Both the position numbers and the translations under genes were made by a program. A model generated the notes under the pieces. That model saw nothing but the letters and a program-made list of their open reading frames with translations. It was not told the DNA's origin and did no database searches. From Fibrobacteria bacterium (GTDB lineage: Bacteria > Fibrobacterota > Fibrobacteria > UBA11236): a DNA stretch of 23,881 nucleotides. Location: NCBI GenBank assembly GCA_050486505.1, contig JBJHDK010000040.1:1-23881 (forward strand). Direction: 5' to 3'. This document shows positions 11,088 to 19,532 of this stretch, one piece after another (position 1 is the stretch's first letter; each line of letters begins with the position of its first letter).

Positions 11088-11238
11088 GAATTAAGAATTA
11101 CGAATTAAGAATTACGAATGGGGGAGTGTCTTGAATGATGGGGAGTGGCGGTTCAGCGGCAGCTGCGCACTACGCTTCACACGAACACGTTCTTGTGTTT
11201 AATTCGTAATTCTTAATTCGTAATTCTTAATTCACCTG
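11088..11238 (+). repeat. Heptamer-armed inverted-repeat element, copy 3
   Basis: Left arm GAATTAA-GAATTAC-GAATTAA-GAATTAC-GAATGGG; GAATGATGGGG at 11133; core CTTCACACGAAC (11175-11186); five TTAATTC/GTAATTC units at 11199-11233, then ACCTG. Confidence 0.9.
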
Positions 11239-12291
11239 GCGCTTGCCCTCGAAGATCTCCCTGTACTCCCCGTACCCCTCCTTCTCCAGGTCCTCCACGG
11301 GAATGAACCGCAGTGCCGCGGAGTTGATGCAATAGCGAAGCCCCGTCGGAGTCGGGCCGTCGGGAAAGACGTGGCCGAGGTGCGAGTCAGCCTTGCCGCT
11401 GCGCACCTCGGTGCGGAGCATGCCGTGGCTCCCGTCCGTCTTTTCGACAACGCGTGCGCCTTGAATGGGACGGGTGAAGCTCGGCCAACCGGTGCCGCTG
11501 TCGAACTTGTCGCGCGACGAAAACAGGGGCTCTCCGGAGACGACGTCCACGTAGAGGCCCGCGCGCTTGTTGTCCCAATACGCGTTCGCGAAGGGGCGCT
11601 CGGTTCCATTCTGGCGGGCGATGCGATACTGTTCCGGCGAGAGGCGTTTTCGCAGTTCGTCATCCGGGAGCCCCGAAAGGTCGCAAACCGTACCGGTTGC
11701 TTGCGTCGCTTTTGTCGTCTTGGCCGCATCGGCCGCGTCGGTGTCGCGCGCGGGAAAGTCATCCGGCACATTGCCCCATGCCGAAGCGATGAAGCCCATG
11801 CGCCCGGAGCCGGCCTTGTAGCGCTGGTAGTGCCCGGGGTTGGTCTCGCAGTAGCGATGGTGGTATTCCTCTGCCGGGAAGAAATTCGTGAAGGACTCCA
11901 CCGTCACGGCAACGCGCGGCCCGAATCGCTCGGAGGCTTCGAGGCGGGTGACCGAATCACGCGCGATGCGTTCCTGCTCCGCGTCGTGGGTGAAAATCGC
12001 AGGGCGGTACTGGCTGCCGCGGTCGGCGAATTGTCCCCCCGCGTCGGCGGGGTCGACCTGCCGCCAGAACACGTTGAGGAGTATCGCGTAGGAGACTCGT
12101 GACGGGTCGAAGGTGATTTGCACGGCCTCGGTATGTCCGGTGATGCCTGAGCAGACCTTCTCGTAGGTGGGGGCCGGATCGTGTCCCCCCGCGTAGCCGG
12201 GGACGACGGAGAACACCCCCGGCATTTCCAGGAACGGTGCCTCGATGCACCAGAAACATCCTCCGGCAAAAGTGGCGGTTCGTGCGTTCAT
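11227..12291 (-). CDS. msrAB: Bifunctional peptide methionine sulfoxide reductase MsrA/MsrB
   Basis: Msr[21 protein letters not shown]; Msr[34 protein letters not shown]. Confidence 0.97.
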   Translation of the reverse strand: MNARTATFAGGCFWCIEAPFLEMPGVFSVVPGYAGGHDPAPTYEKVCSGITGHTEAVQITFDPSRVSYAILLNVFWRQVDPADAGGQFADRGSQYRPAIFTHDAEQERIARDSVTRLEASERFGPRVAVTVESFTNFFPAEEYHHRYCETNPGHYQRYKAGSGRMGFIASAWGNVPDDFPARDTDAADAAKTTKATQATGTVCDLSGLPDDELRKRLSPEQYRIARQNGTERPFANAYWDNKRAGLYVDVVSGEPLFSSRDKFDSGTGWPSFTRPIQGARVVEKTDGSHGMLRTEVRSGKADSHLGHVFPDGPTPTGLRYCINSAALRFIPVEDLEKEGYGEYREIFEGKRQVN

Positions 12292-12382
12292 GGCAGGGGT
12301 TCCGTGATCAGGGTGAGCGTTCGGGGATCGGGAGGCCGGCCCTCCACCGGTGCGTCCCGCACAAGGTACACCGGCGAAGCGG

Positions 12383-14509
12383 TCAGCGCGACTTCTTCAG
12401 TTGCAAGACGGCCAGGGATCGCTCGCCGAGCGGATACCGGGCTCCCCCGCGCAGCGGGCCGTCGCGTTGCTCGGCCAGGGCGGTGTCGAGCACCCGGTGC
12501 CAGGCGAAGCCCGGGTCGGGACGGGGAAGGGAGAAGGGGCGGGCCTTCGCGTCGGCGTTGAACAGCATGAGAAAGGAATCGCCCACGATGCGCTCTCCCT
12601 CCTCGTCGACTTCTTCCATCGCGTGGCCGACGAGATACACGCCCACGGTGGCGACATGCGGCGCGTTCCAGAACACATCGGTCATTTCGCTTCCGTCGGG
12701 CGCGAGCCAGTGGATGTCCTTCACCCCCGCGCCGCGGATGGCGTGGTCCTGGAAAAAGCGGCGCCGCTGGAAGACGGGGTTCGCCCTCCAGAGATCCGCG
12801 ACCTTTCGGACGAAAGCGAGCAGTTCCTCCTGCGCGGGAGTCAGTTCCCAGTGTACCCAGGCGAGGTCGTTGTCCTGGCAATATGCGTTGTTGTTGCCCT
12901 GCTGGGTGCGACCCAGTTCATCGCCGTGCGAGAGCATGGGAACGCCTTGCGAGAGCAGCAGGGTCGCGATGAAGTTGCGCTTCTGCCGTTCGCGCAGGGC
13001 GTTCACCTCGGGCGTTTCGGTGGGGCCCTCCTCGCCGCAGTTCCAGCTGTTGTTGTGGCTCTCCCCGTCACGGTTATCCTCGCCGTTCGCGAGGTTGCGC
13101 TTTTCGTTGTAGCTGACCAGATCGTGCAGGGTGAACCCGTCGTGCGCGGTGATGAAGTTCACGCTGGCATAGGGGCGGCGGCCGCTTCCCTCGTACAGGT
13201 CGCTGCTTCCGGTGATGCGCGTGGCGAACTCCGCCAGCGTTCCGCCGTCGCCTTTCCAGAAGCGGCGGACGCAGTCGCGGTACTTCCCGTTCCATTCCGT
13301 CCATCCCACGGGGAAGTTGCCCACCTGGTACCCCCCCTCGCCGAGATCCCATGGCTCGGCGATCAGCTTGACCTGGGAGAGCACCGGATCCTGGTGGATG
13401 ATGTCGAAGAAAGCCCCCAGCTTGTCCACCTCGTGCAGCTGCCGCGCCAGCGCGGGAGCGAGGTCGAAGCGGAACCCGTCGACGTGCATTTCGGTCACCC
13501 AGTAACGGAGGCTGTCCATGATGAGCTGGAGCACCTTGGGGTGGCGCATGTTGAGCGTGTTGCCGCACCCGGTGTAGTCCATGTAATGGCGCGGATCGTC
13601 CGCGACGACGCGGTAGTAGGAAAGATTGTCGATGCCCCGCAGCGACAGCGTGGGCCCGAGGTGGTTGCCCTCGGCGGTATGGTTGTACACCACGTCGAGG
13701 ATGACCTCGATGCCGGCCTTGTGCAGGGCGCGCACCATGGTCTTGAATTCGCGCACCACGTCGCCGGGATCGCGCGCGAGGGCGTACCCCGGGTGCGGCG
13801 CGAAGAACGCCAGGGAGTTGTAGCCCCAATAGTTCGAGAGGCCCTGTTCGAGCAGGTGGCGGTCGTGCACGAAGTGATGCACGGGCATCAGCTCCACGGC
13901 CGTCATTCCGAGCGACTTCAGGTGCGCGATCACGGGTTCGCAGCCGAGGGCGGCATAGGTGCCGCGCAGGTTCTCCGGGATCAGCGGGTGCAGCTGCGTG
14001 AGGCCCTTGACATGGAGCTCGTAGATGAGCGTCTTGTGCCAGGGAGTGGCGGGGGAGCTGTCGTCGCCCCAGGTGAAGGCGTCGTCCACCACGGTGGCCA
14101 GGGGTGCATCGGCAGCGTTGTCGCGGGGGTCGAACGAGAGGTCGGCGTCGGCGTGCCCCGGTGTGTAGCCGTACATCGCGTCGGACCAATGCACCGGGCG
14201 CCCCACGGCTTTGGCATACGGGTCGAGGAGGATCTTGTTGGCGTTGAAGCGCAGGCCCTGCTTCGGGTGATGCGGGCCGTGCACGCGATAGCCGTACAAC
14301 TGGCCGGGGCGAACGTCGCGGAGATAGCAGTGCCAGACCTGGTCGGTGTGCTCGGGAACCTCGACGCGCACCGACTCGCGTCGGGATCCGGCGTCGTCGA
14401 AAAGACAGAGTTCCACCTTTTCGGCGTTTTCCGAGAACAGGGCGAAGTTGGTTCCGTGGCCGTCCCACGTGGCACCCAGTGGATACGGCTTTCCCGGTTT
14501 GACGCGCAT
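12383..14509 (-). CDS. glgX: Glycogen debranching enzyme / isoamylase (CBM48 + GH13)
   Basis: [91 protein letters not shown]. Confidence 0.97.
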   Translation of the reverse strand: MRVKPGKPYPLGATWDGHGTNFALFSENAEKVELCLFDDAGSRRESVRVEVPEHTDQVWHCYLRDVRPGQLYGYRVHGPHHPKQGLRFNANKILLDPYAKAVGRPVHWSDAMYGYTPGHADADLSFDPRDNAADAPLATVVDDAFTWGDDSSPATPWHKTLIYELHVKGLTQLHPLIPENLRGTYAALGCEPVIAHLKSLGMTAVELMPVHHFVHDRHLLEQGLSNYWGYNSLAFFAPHPGYALARDPGDVVREFKTMVRALHKAGIEVILDVVYNHTAEGNHLGPTLSLRGIDNLSYYRVVADDPRHYMDYTGCGNTLNMRHPKVLQLIMDSLRYWVTEMHVDGFRFDLAPALARQLHEVDKLGAFFDIIHQDPVLSQVKLIAEPWDLGEGGYQVGNFPVGWTEWNGKYRDCVRRFWKGDGGTLAEFATRITGSSDLYEGSGRRPYASVNFITAHDGFTLHDLVSYNEKRNLANGEDNRDGESHNNSWNCGEEGPTETPEVNALRERQKRNFIATLLLSQGVPMLSHGDELGRTQQGNNNAYCQDNDLAWVHWELTPAQEELLAFVRKVADLWRANPVFQRRRFFQDHAIRGAGVKDIHWLAPDGSEMTDVFWNAPHVATVGVYLVGHAMEEVDEEGERIVGDSFLMLFNADAKARPFSLPRPDPGFAWHRVLDTALAEQRDGPLRGGARYPLGERSLAVLQLKKSR

Positions 14510-14656
14510 GTGGAACTCCTCTCTCCGTCGGTATATATAACCGGAATGACCGAAGATGGCCGCTCCCTGCGGATTCAGGCAAGGCGCCGGTGACGGATGG
14601 CGGCCGGCAAGATGAATGGGGGGGCGCTTCCGGTTCGCTGCCCGGGAGGGGTTCCA

Positions 14657-14732
14657 TGGTGAGCCAGGAGGGATTTGAACCCGCGACCCACGCCTTAAAA
14701 GGGCGCTGCTCTACCAGCTGAGCTACTGGCTC
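14657..14732 (-). tRNA. tRNA-Lys (anticodon UUU)
   Basis: GAGCCAG TAGCTCAGCTGGTAGAGC A GCGCC-CTTTTAA-GGCGT GGGTC GCGGGTTCAAATCCCTC CTGGCTC ACCA; 76 nt, CCA encoded. Confidence 0.96.
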
Positions 14733-14748
14733 CCAAGGAACGAGGGGG

Positions 14749-14756
14749 CAAAGATA
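14749..14756 (-). promoter_or_regulatory. Candidate TAnnTTTG-type promoter element for tRNA-Lys
   Basis: TATCTTTG 16 nt upstream of the tRNA 5' end; matches the Bacteroidetes -7 consensus TAnnTTTG. Confidence 0.45.
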
Positions 14757-14846
14757 ACCCCGGCGGATGCCCCATGCAACCATGGGCGAGGGAAAGCCTT
14801 CGCTGCGAATGTGGTCGCCATCGCTCTGGTTTCCCATGGGGGCAGC

Positions 14847-15878
14847 ATGTACCTTGTGCCGGTGTTTTCGAAGCTTTACGGCGTGCATGCGCCTGCTTGT
14901 TTGACGTCGGCCCTCGCGCTGTTGTTGCTGTGGTCGCCCACCCGTGCGCAGCTCGTGGGCGAGGCCGGCGAAGCCGGCATGGAAGCCATCGCCCTGGTCG
15001 CGGCGGCCCGCCCTGCCGGCCTCGCCGGCGCCCATGCAGCCGTTGCCGAAGGCAGTTCTTCGATCGGGGTCAATCCCGCCGGCCTCGCGCGCGAGACAGG
15101 GCGCCACTTCAGTGGATCGATGCGCCCCGGCACCTTCAAGGCGGGCGCCGTGGCGTACTCCACCCCGTATGCCGGGGGGCGCGTCGCATTCAGCACGTCT
15201 TATGTCGATCATGGCGAAATTCTCGGGGTCAACGAATTCAGGGACGGAACCGGATTGATTCGTCCCTACAGCATCTATCCCGGCGTGAGTTACGCTCGCG
15301 TCGAAGGAGAGCGGTGGCGCTGGGGCGCGACGTTCAAGGTCGCCAGCGAAACCCTCGGAGACTTTGAAGATTCGCGGACGGCATACGGTGCCGCGGTGGA
15401 TGCGGGCGTGCAGTATCAGCCTGCAGCGCGCAACATCGGTTTCGGCGCGTCGGTGACGAATCTCGGCCGCCAATTGACGGGACACTTCGAAGGGCATCGT
15501 GGTTACGGTCCGTTGCCGACGGTGCTGCGCGCGGGCGCATTCTACCAGCCCCCGGCGAACCGTCATCTGGTGGCGATCGGCGATGTCGAGCTCCCGTTTT
15601 ATTCCGCTCCCGTGCTTGCGATTGGCGGGGAATATCGTTTCTCGGACGAATGGCAGGTGCGCGGCGGAACCCGCTGGAGCTATCACGACTTGCGCAACCT
15701 CGCGGGATGGATCGACCCGAACGCGGGAATCAACGAGCGCTATGGGGATGTGGTGAAGCTGGCGGGAGGAACCACGTTGCGGGTGCGCTCCGCGACGGTG
15801 GACTACGCCGCACAGTGGTGGCGCGGAACGGGAATTGTGCATGCCTTGACCCTCGGTTGGGCCCTCGACGGGCGCTGA
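14847..15878 (+). CDS. PorV/PorQ-family (FadL-like) outer-membrane beta-barrel protein; start uncertain
   Basis: Signal peptide ending TRA-Q; ARPAGLAGAHAAVA...NPAGLA family motif; amphipathic strands (AVDAGVQY, FGASVTNLG, LPTVLRAG, IGGEY, VDYA, HALTLGW). Confidence 0.75.
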   Translation: MYLVPVFSKLYGVHAPACLTSALALLLLWSPTRAQLVGEAGEAGMEAIALVAAARPAGLAGAHAAVAEGSSSIGVNPAGLARETGRHFSGSMRPGTFKAGAVAYSTPYAGGRVAFSTSYVDHGEILGVNEFRDGTGLIRPYSIYPGVSYARVEGERWRWGATFKVASETLGDFEDSRTAYGAAVDAGVQYQPAARNIGFGASVTNLGRQLTGHFEGHRGYGPLPTVLRAGAFYQPPANRHLVAIGDVELPFYSAPVLAIGGEYRFSDEWQVRGGTRWSYHDLRNLAGWIDPNAGINERYGDVVKLAGGTTLRVRSATVDYAAQWWRGTGIVHALTLGWALDGR

Positions 15879-15949
15879 CGGCCGCGCGACGCAACCTTGC
15901 GGCATCTTCGCTCATTCGCTCCGGAATCGTTCGGGGTGCCAGGGCCAAG

Positions 15950-15987
15950 TCAACAAAAAAGGCCCCGAACGGGGCCTTTTTTGTTGA
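15950..15987. terminator. Bidirectional intrinsic terminator
   Basis: TCAACAAAAAAGGCCCC-gaac-GGGGCCTTTTTTGTTGA, a perfect inverted repeat with A/T tracts between convergent genes. Confidence 0.92.
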
Positions 15988-16003
15988 ACTCCGATAGGAG
16001 GGG

Positions 16004-16606
16004 TCAGTCGAGCAATCCGGCGGCGATGAGGCTGTCGCGGATGGCCGTCACGGTGCCGACTGCGACGGAATCAGCGTCGATCTCGGCCTGGGGACGCGGC
16101 TCCTTCACGCAGTTCGCGACCGGATCTCCCGTTTCAGGATCTTCGGTCGGCGCCTCGCAGCTCACGACCGTCGAGTCGTTCAGAACGGCGCGGATGTAGG
16201 TCAACGTGGCGGCGATCTGGAAGTCGGTCCAGTAGTCGAAGGCGATCATTTCGCCGGTCTGAAAGACCATCCCGTTCACGACGATGGAATCATCCTGCCA
16301 TTCGCCGCCGCCGCGCAGCAACACCTCGATGACGTGATCGGGGTTTGCCATGATGAAGTCGGCATTGGCGAGGGGCGGGGTGACGCCCGGGTGTCCCTTG
16401 CCGCCGGGATAGTGGCATCCCGTGCAGCTCTGAAAGAGAACCGCGCCGCTGTCGATCAGCCACTGGCGGGTGACCGGCTCTTCCTTGTCGCCTCCTCCGC
16501 CCTTGCCGCTGTCGAAACAGCCGGCCAGAGCGGCGGCCAGCGCGATGGCTGCGACCGGGAACAGCCGCTTTGCGGTGAACCGGGGTGTGTGGGGTGTCGT
16601 GTTCAT
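16004..16606 (-). CDS. Monoheme cytochrome c lipoprotein, paralog 1
   Basis: Lipobox LAGC; CTGCH; G-x-G-x-PG-x-x-PPLA; candidate distal Met in GEMIAF; GAGGAGG RBS. Confidence 0.9.
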   Translation of the reverse strand: MNTTPHTPRFTAKRLFPVAAIALAAALAGCFDSGKGGGGDKEEPVTRQWLIDSGAVLFQSCTGCHYPGGKGHPGVTPPLANADFIMANPDHVIEVLLRGGGEWQDDSIVVNGMVFQTGEMIAFDYWTDFQIAATLTYIRAVLNDSTVVSCEAPTEDPETGDPVANCVKEPRPQAEIDADSVAVGTVTAIRDSLIAAGLLD

Positions 16607-16642
16607 GGCTCTCCTCCTCTGGGTGACCGTTGATGTAAGGCG

Positions 16643-17242
16643 TTAATCCAGAATCCCTGCAGCCGTGAGGCTGTCGCGCAGGGCTTTTACTTCCGAAACA
16701 GAAACGGAGTCGGAGGCGATGTCGGCGGCGCTCCGGGGCTCCTTGTCGCAATCTTCGACCAGGCCGTCTTCCGTTTGCACGGGTTCACGGCAGGTGACCA
16801 CAGTGGAATCATTCAGCACCGCGCGGATATAGGTGGTCACGGCGGCGATCTGAAAGTCGGTGAAGTAACGGAAGCTGGGCATGAATCCCACTTCGTACTC
16901 GATGCCGTTCACGAAAATGTTGGAATCCGCGAAGCTGCCGCGGAGCAACACTTCGGGAATGCGCGTCTTCGGAAGCTGTTGGAGATAGTCGCCGTTCGCC
17001 AGGCGGGGATAGGTTCCCGGAACTCCTTCGCCCATCGCCTTGTGGCAGGTCATGCAGTTCGCGTAGAAAACCGTGCCAGAATCGATCAGCATTGCGCGCG
17101 GCTTGTCGATGCTTTCCTTCTTCTTGTCGTCATCGTCCGTCGGGAAACAGCCCACCACCAGAAGGGGGATGGTGGCGAGCGCCATCACCGCGAACCGCCG
17201 CAGGATGGATGGTGTCAGTGTGCGACGCGGAGTGTTCATCAT
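16643..17242 (-). CDS. Monoheme cytochrome c lipoprotein, paralog 2
   Basis: Lipobox VVGC; CMTCH; GEGVPGTYPRLA; GFMPSF; start placed at the ATG-ATG 17242/17239 after TAAGGG. Confidence 0.88.
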   Translation of the reverse strand: MMNTPRRTLTPSILRRFAVMALATIPLLVVGCFPTDDDDKKKESIDKPRAMLIDSGTVFYANCMTCHKAMGEGVPGTYPRLANGDYLQQLPKTRIPEVLLRGSFADSNIFVNGIEYEVGFMPSFRYFTDFQIAAVTTYIRAVLNDSTVVTCREPVQTEDGLVEDCDKEPRSAADIASDSVSVSEVKALRDSLTAAGILD

Positions 17243-17321
17243 GTCCGTCTGGCCCTTATCCCCGACCAGACGCGGACGTCCGATCGGGATCGTGTTCAAG
17301 TTTCACCAACTTGGGCAATAT

Positions 17322-17561
17322 AATAAGGGGCGCTGTTCCCGACGCGCACGAAACGGAAAATGAGCGGTTCCGGGTCTTTTTTTTCGCTCATCTGGCGATT
17401 TCGACGGAGCATGGCGCATGCTCCGCGAGATGCAACGACGTGCCCCCGAGCAGGAAGCGCTGCAGGGGTCCGTGCCCACGGCTGCCCATGAAGAGCGTGT
17501 CGGGCCTGAAGCTTCGGACGGCGCGCAGGAGTTCACCGCGGGGGTCCCCCTCGCGGAGGGA
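17322..17561. repeat. Direct repeat copy A (240 bp) of 18480-18717
   Basis: Manual alignment shows 3 substitutions and a 2-nt difference in a T tract. Confidence 0.96.
17388..17561 (-). pseudogene. Duplicated 3' fragment of the usp gene (57 codons + stop)
   Basis: Encodes SLREGDPRGELL...HAPCSVEIAR*, identical in protein to the usp C-terminus; an in-frame TGA lies about 45 nt upstream with no start codon in between. Confidence 0.85.
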
Positions 17562-17849
17562 GTTCGCGTGCGATCCGTCCGGTTCGGGGGATGCGGAAGA
17601 TAGGCGTCATTTGGCTCCTGAGGCAGAATACCCGATCCCGAAGAGATGGGAAAGGTTTTATGAGCTACCGTTGCCATCTTTTACGTGGAATCGCTCAGTG
17701 GTTAATGGAATATTGACCATTATTTTGCTCTTCACAATTGAGAACGGAAAATGTGCAGAAAATCCGTGCGGGAGTGCTGGCCATGGCCTAGATTCATTTT
17801 CCATTGTTTGGACTTGGGTAGAGAGGGCGCCGTGAGAAAGGATAGGCAA

Positions 17850-18473
17850 ATGAAGAAGGGTATTATTCTCGCGATAATTCTGGCCGTTGGAGTCTCCGTT
17901 TCCGGTGCTCGTGATTGGGGTTTCACGCGAGACACGGTCTTTGAATCCGGTATTGACTCCGTGCGTATCGCGAATCATTCGCTCGCAGACACCCTGCGCA
18001 TTGATTCCGTCGCTGTGGAGCTACTGACTTCCGCGAGCCAGACCTATGTCGAATTCTTCGCACCGACACAGCCAGGCATTCCGTCTGCACGTGGGTACGG
18101 AATCATTCATGTCAACGGTCAAACTCACTACGAACCCAGGCATCCCAGCACACTCTTGGTCGCACCGGATTTAACGCTCCTCCTGAACGCATTCTCCATC
18201 GATTGGTACATCGCAACGCCTCCTGGAGCGGAAGTGAGCGCTGATAGCGCCACAGCCCGTCTGATTTTCATCGCGGCGAATGAGCGTGGGCGAGACACAT
18301 TGACCGTGGTCGGAATTGCCGAAAACACTCCGACCTCTCTCCGCTTCCTGCGCTCCGGCACCGGCCCGGGAGTCCCCGCTGGGCGGGCTTACGACCTCCG
18401 CGGCCGCAGGCTCGAGGCCGTACCCGAAGGACGGCGCGTACCCGCCACACCGGTAGTGGCACCGCGGGAGTGA
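17850..18473 (+). CDS. Secreted hypothetical protein with C-terminal YDLRGRR motif
   Basis: MKKGIILAIILAVGVSVSGA signal peptide from ATG 17850; beta-rich body; basic tail ...RAYDLRGRRL...; AT-rich upstream region. Confidence 0.75.
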   Translation: MKKGIILAIILAVGVSVSGARDWGFTRDTVFESGIDSVRIANHSLADTLRIDSVAVELLTSASQTYVEFFAPTQPGIPSARGYGIIHVNGQTHYEPRHPSTLLVAPDLTLLLNAFSIDWYIATPPGAEVSADSATARLIFIAANERGRDTLTVVGIAENTPTSLRFLRSGTGPGVPAGRAYDLRGRRLEAVPEGRRVPATPVVAPRE

Positions 18474-18479
18474 CGACGG

Positions 18480-18717
18480 AATAAGGGGCGCTGTTCCCGA
18501 CGCGCACGAAACGGAAAATGAGCGGTTCCGGATCTTTTTTCGCTCATCTGGCGATTTCGACGGAGCACGGCGCATGCTCCGCGAGATGCAACGACGTGCC
18601 CCCGAGCAGGAAGCGCTGCAGGGGTCCGTGCCCACGGCTGCCCATGAAGAGCGTGTCGGGCCTGAAGCTGCGGACGGCGCGCAGGAGTTCACCGCGGGGG
18701 TCCCCCTCGCGGAGGGA
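18480..18717. repeat. Direct repeat copy B (238 bp): usp 3' end plus downstream spacer
   Basis: Near-identical to 17322-17561. Confidence 0.96.
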
Positions 18718-19458
18718 TGTCGTGACCGTGAGCCCCCCGTTTCTCAGTCTTTCCGCTGCCTTGTCCCCGATGCGGCGGGCCATCGTCTTCCAGGCATCGG
18801 CCTTGGGGGCCGCGCCCGCCTTGAAGTTCAGTGCAAGGCCCATGCGGTAATCAACCACGACGACAATGCGCACGCTTGTGCCTGCAGGCCATTGGCGAGA
18901 CAAAACGATCTTCAGCGCGGTTTCGGATGCAGGTGACCCGTCGACGGCGACGAGCAGCTTCGGCGCGCCTTGGCGTTTCCCGCGCGGCTTGCGCGCAACG
19001 CGGACGCCGCAGGTCGCATGCGTCAGCACCTTGCGCGACACGCTACCCAGCAGCATGCGGCTGAGTGCCGTGCGACCGGTGGCACCAAGCACGATAAGCG
19101 AGGGTTTCCACGACTCGGCCGCGCTGAGGAGGCCTTCGGCCGGGGTCTCCATGGCATCGCGTGCGGAGACTTTCCATCCGGGAAAGCGCTTGCGGACCAG
19201 GGTCGCGCCCTCGGCCGCGATCGCCTTGGCCTGCTTCCGCGCGGCGCCCGACTGCTTCTCGATGGCGGCATAGCCTTGCGCGTACCAGCCATCGGCCTCC
19301 GCGGAGAGCGAGGCGAGGGCGGGTGCCCACGTGTCGGCGACGCTGAGAACGCGGACATCGGCCTTGGGGCCGACGGCTGCGCGTGCGAGATCGTCGATGG
19401 CCGCGCGTGCTGCATCGGAACCGTCATAAGCCACGAGGATTTTCGGAGTGCGGGCCAT
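18544..19458 (-). CDS. Universal stress protein, tandem Usp domains
   Basis: KILVAYDGSDAA...LIVLGATGRT...LLGSVSRKVL; second domain KLLVAVDGS...FMGSRGHG...LLGGTSLHLAEHAPCSVEIAR; AAGGAGG RBS before ATG 19458. Confidence 0.94.
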   Translation of the reverse strand: MARTPKILVAYDGSDAARAAIDDLARAAVGPKADVRVLSVADTWAPALASLSAEADGWYAQGYAAIEKQSGAARKQAKAIAAEGATLVRKRFPGWKVSARDAMETPAEGLLSAAESWKPSLIVLGATGRTALSRMLLGSVSRKVLTHATCGVRVARKPRGKRQGAPKLLVAVDGSPASETALKIVLSRQWPAGTSVRIVVVVDYRMGLALNFKAGAAPKADAWKTMARRIGDKAAERLRNGGLTVTTSLREGDPRGELLRAVRSFRPDTLFMGSRGHGPLQRFLLGGTSLHLAEHAPCSVEIAR

Positions 19459-19532
19459 GGCGGCCTCCTTGCGGTCGGGGTGCTCTTGCAAGGATAGCGG
19501 AGCGCGCGGGGAAAAGCAACCTCGCCGCGGCG

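Noticed and set aside
11227..14656. glgX-msrAB as an island integrated at tRNA-Lys
   Set aside because: No integrase, no tRNA 3' duplication at a plausible boundary, and composition like the flanks. A glgX without other glg genes nearby is not sufficient evidence.
13074..15905. 943-aa minus-strand ORF
   Set aside because: Crosses the tRNA, is antisense to the PorV-like gene and out of frame in glgX; Arg/Pro/Gly-rich noise.
17180..17242. Twin-arginine (Tat) signal in cytochrome paralog 2 (ILRRFAV)
   Set aside because: Does not fit S/T-R-R-x-F-L-K, the paralog lacks RR, and c-type cytochromes normally use Sec.
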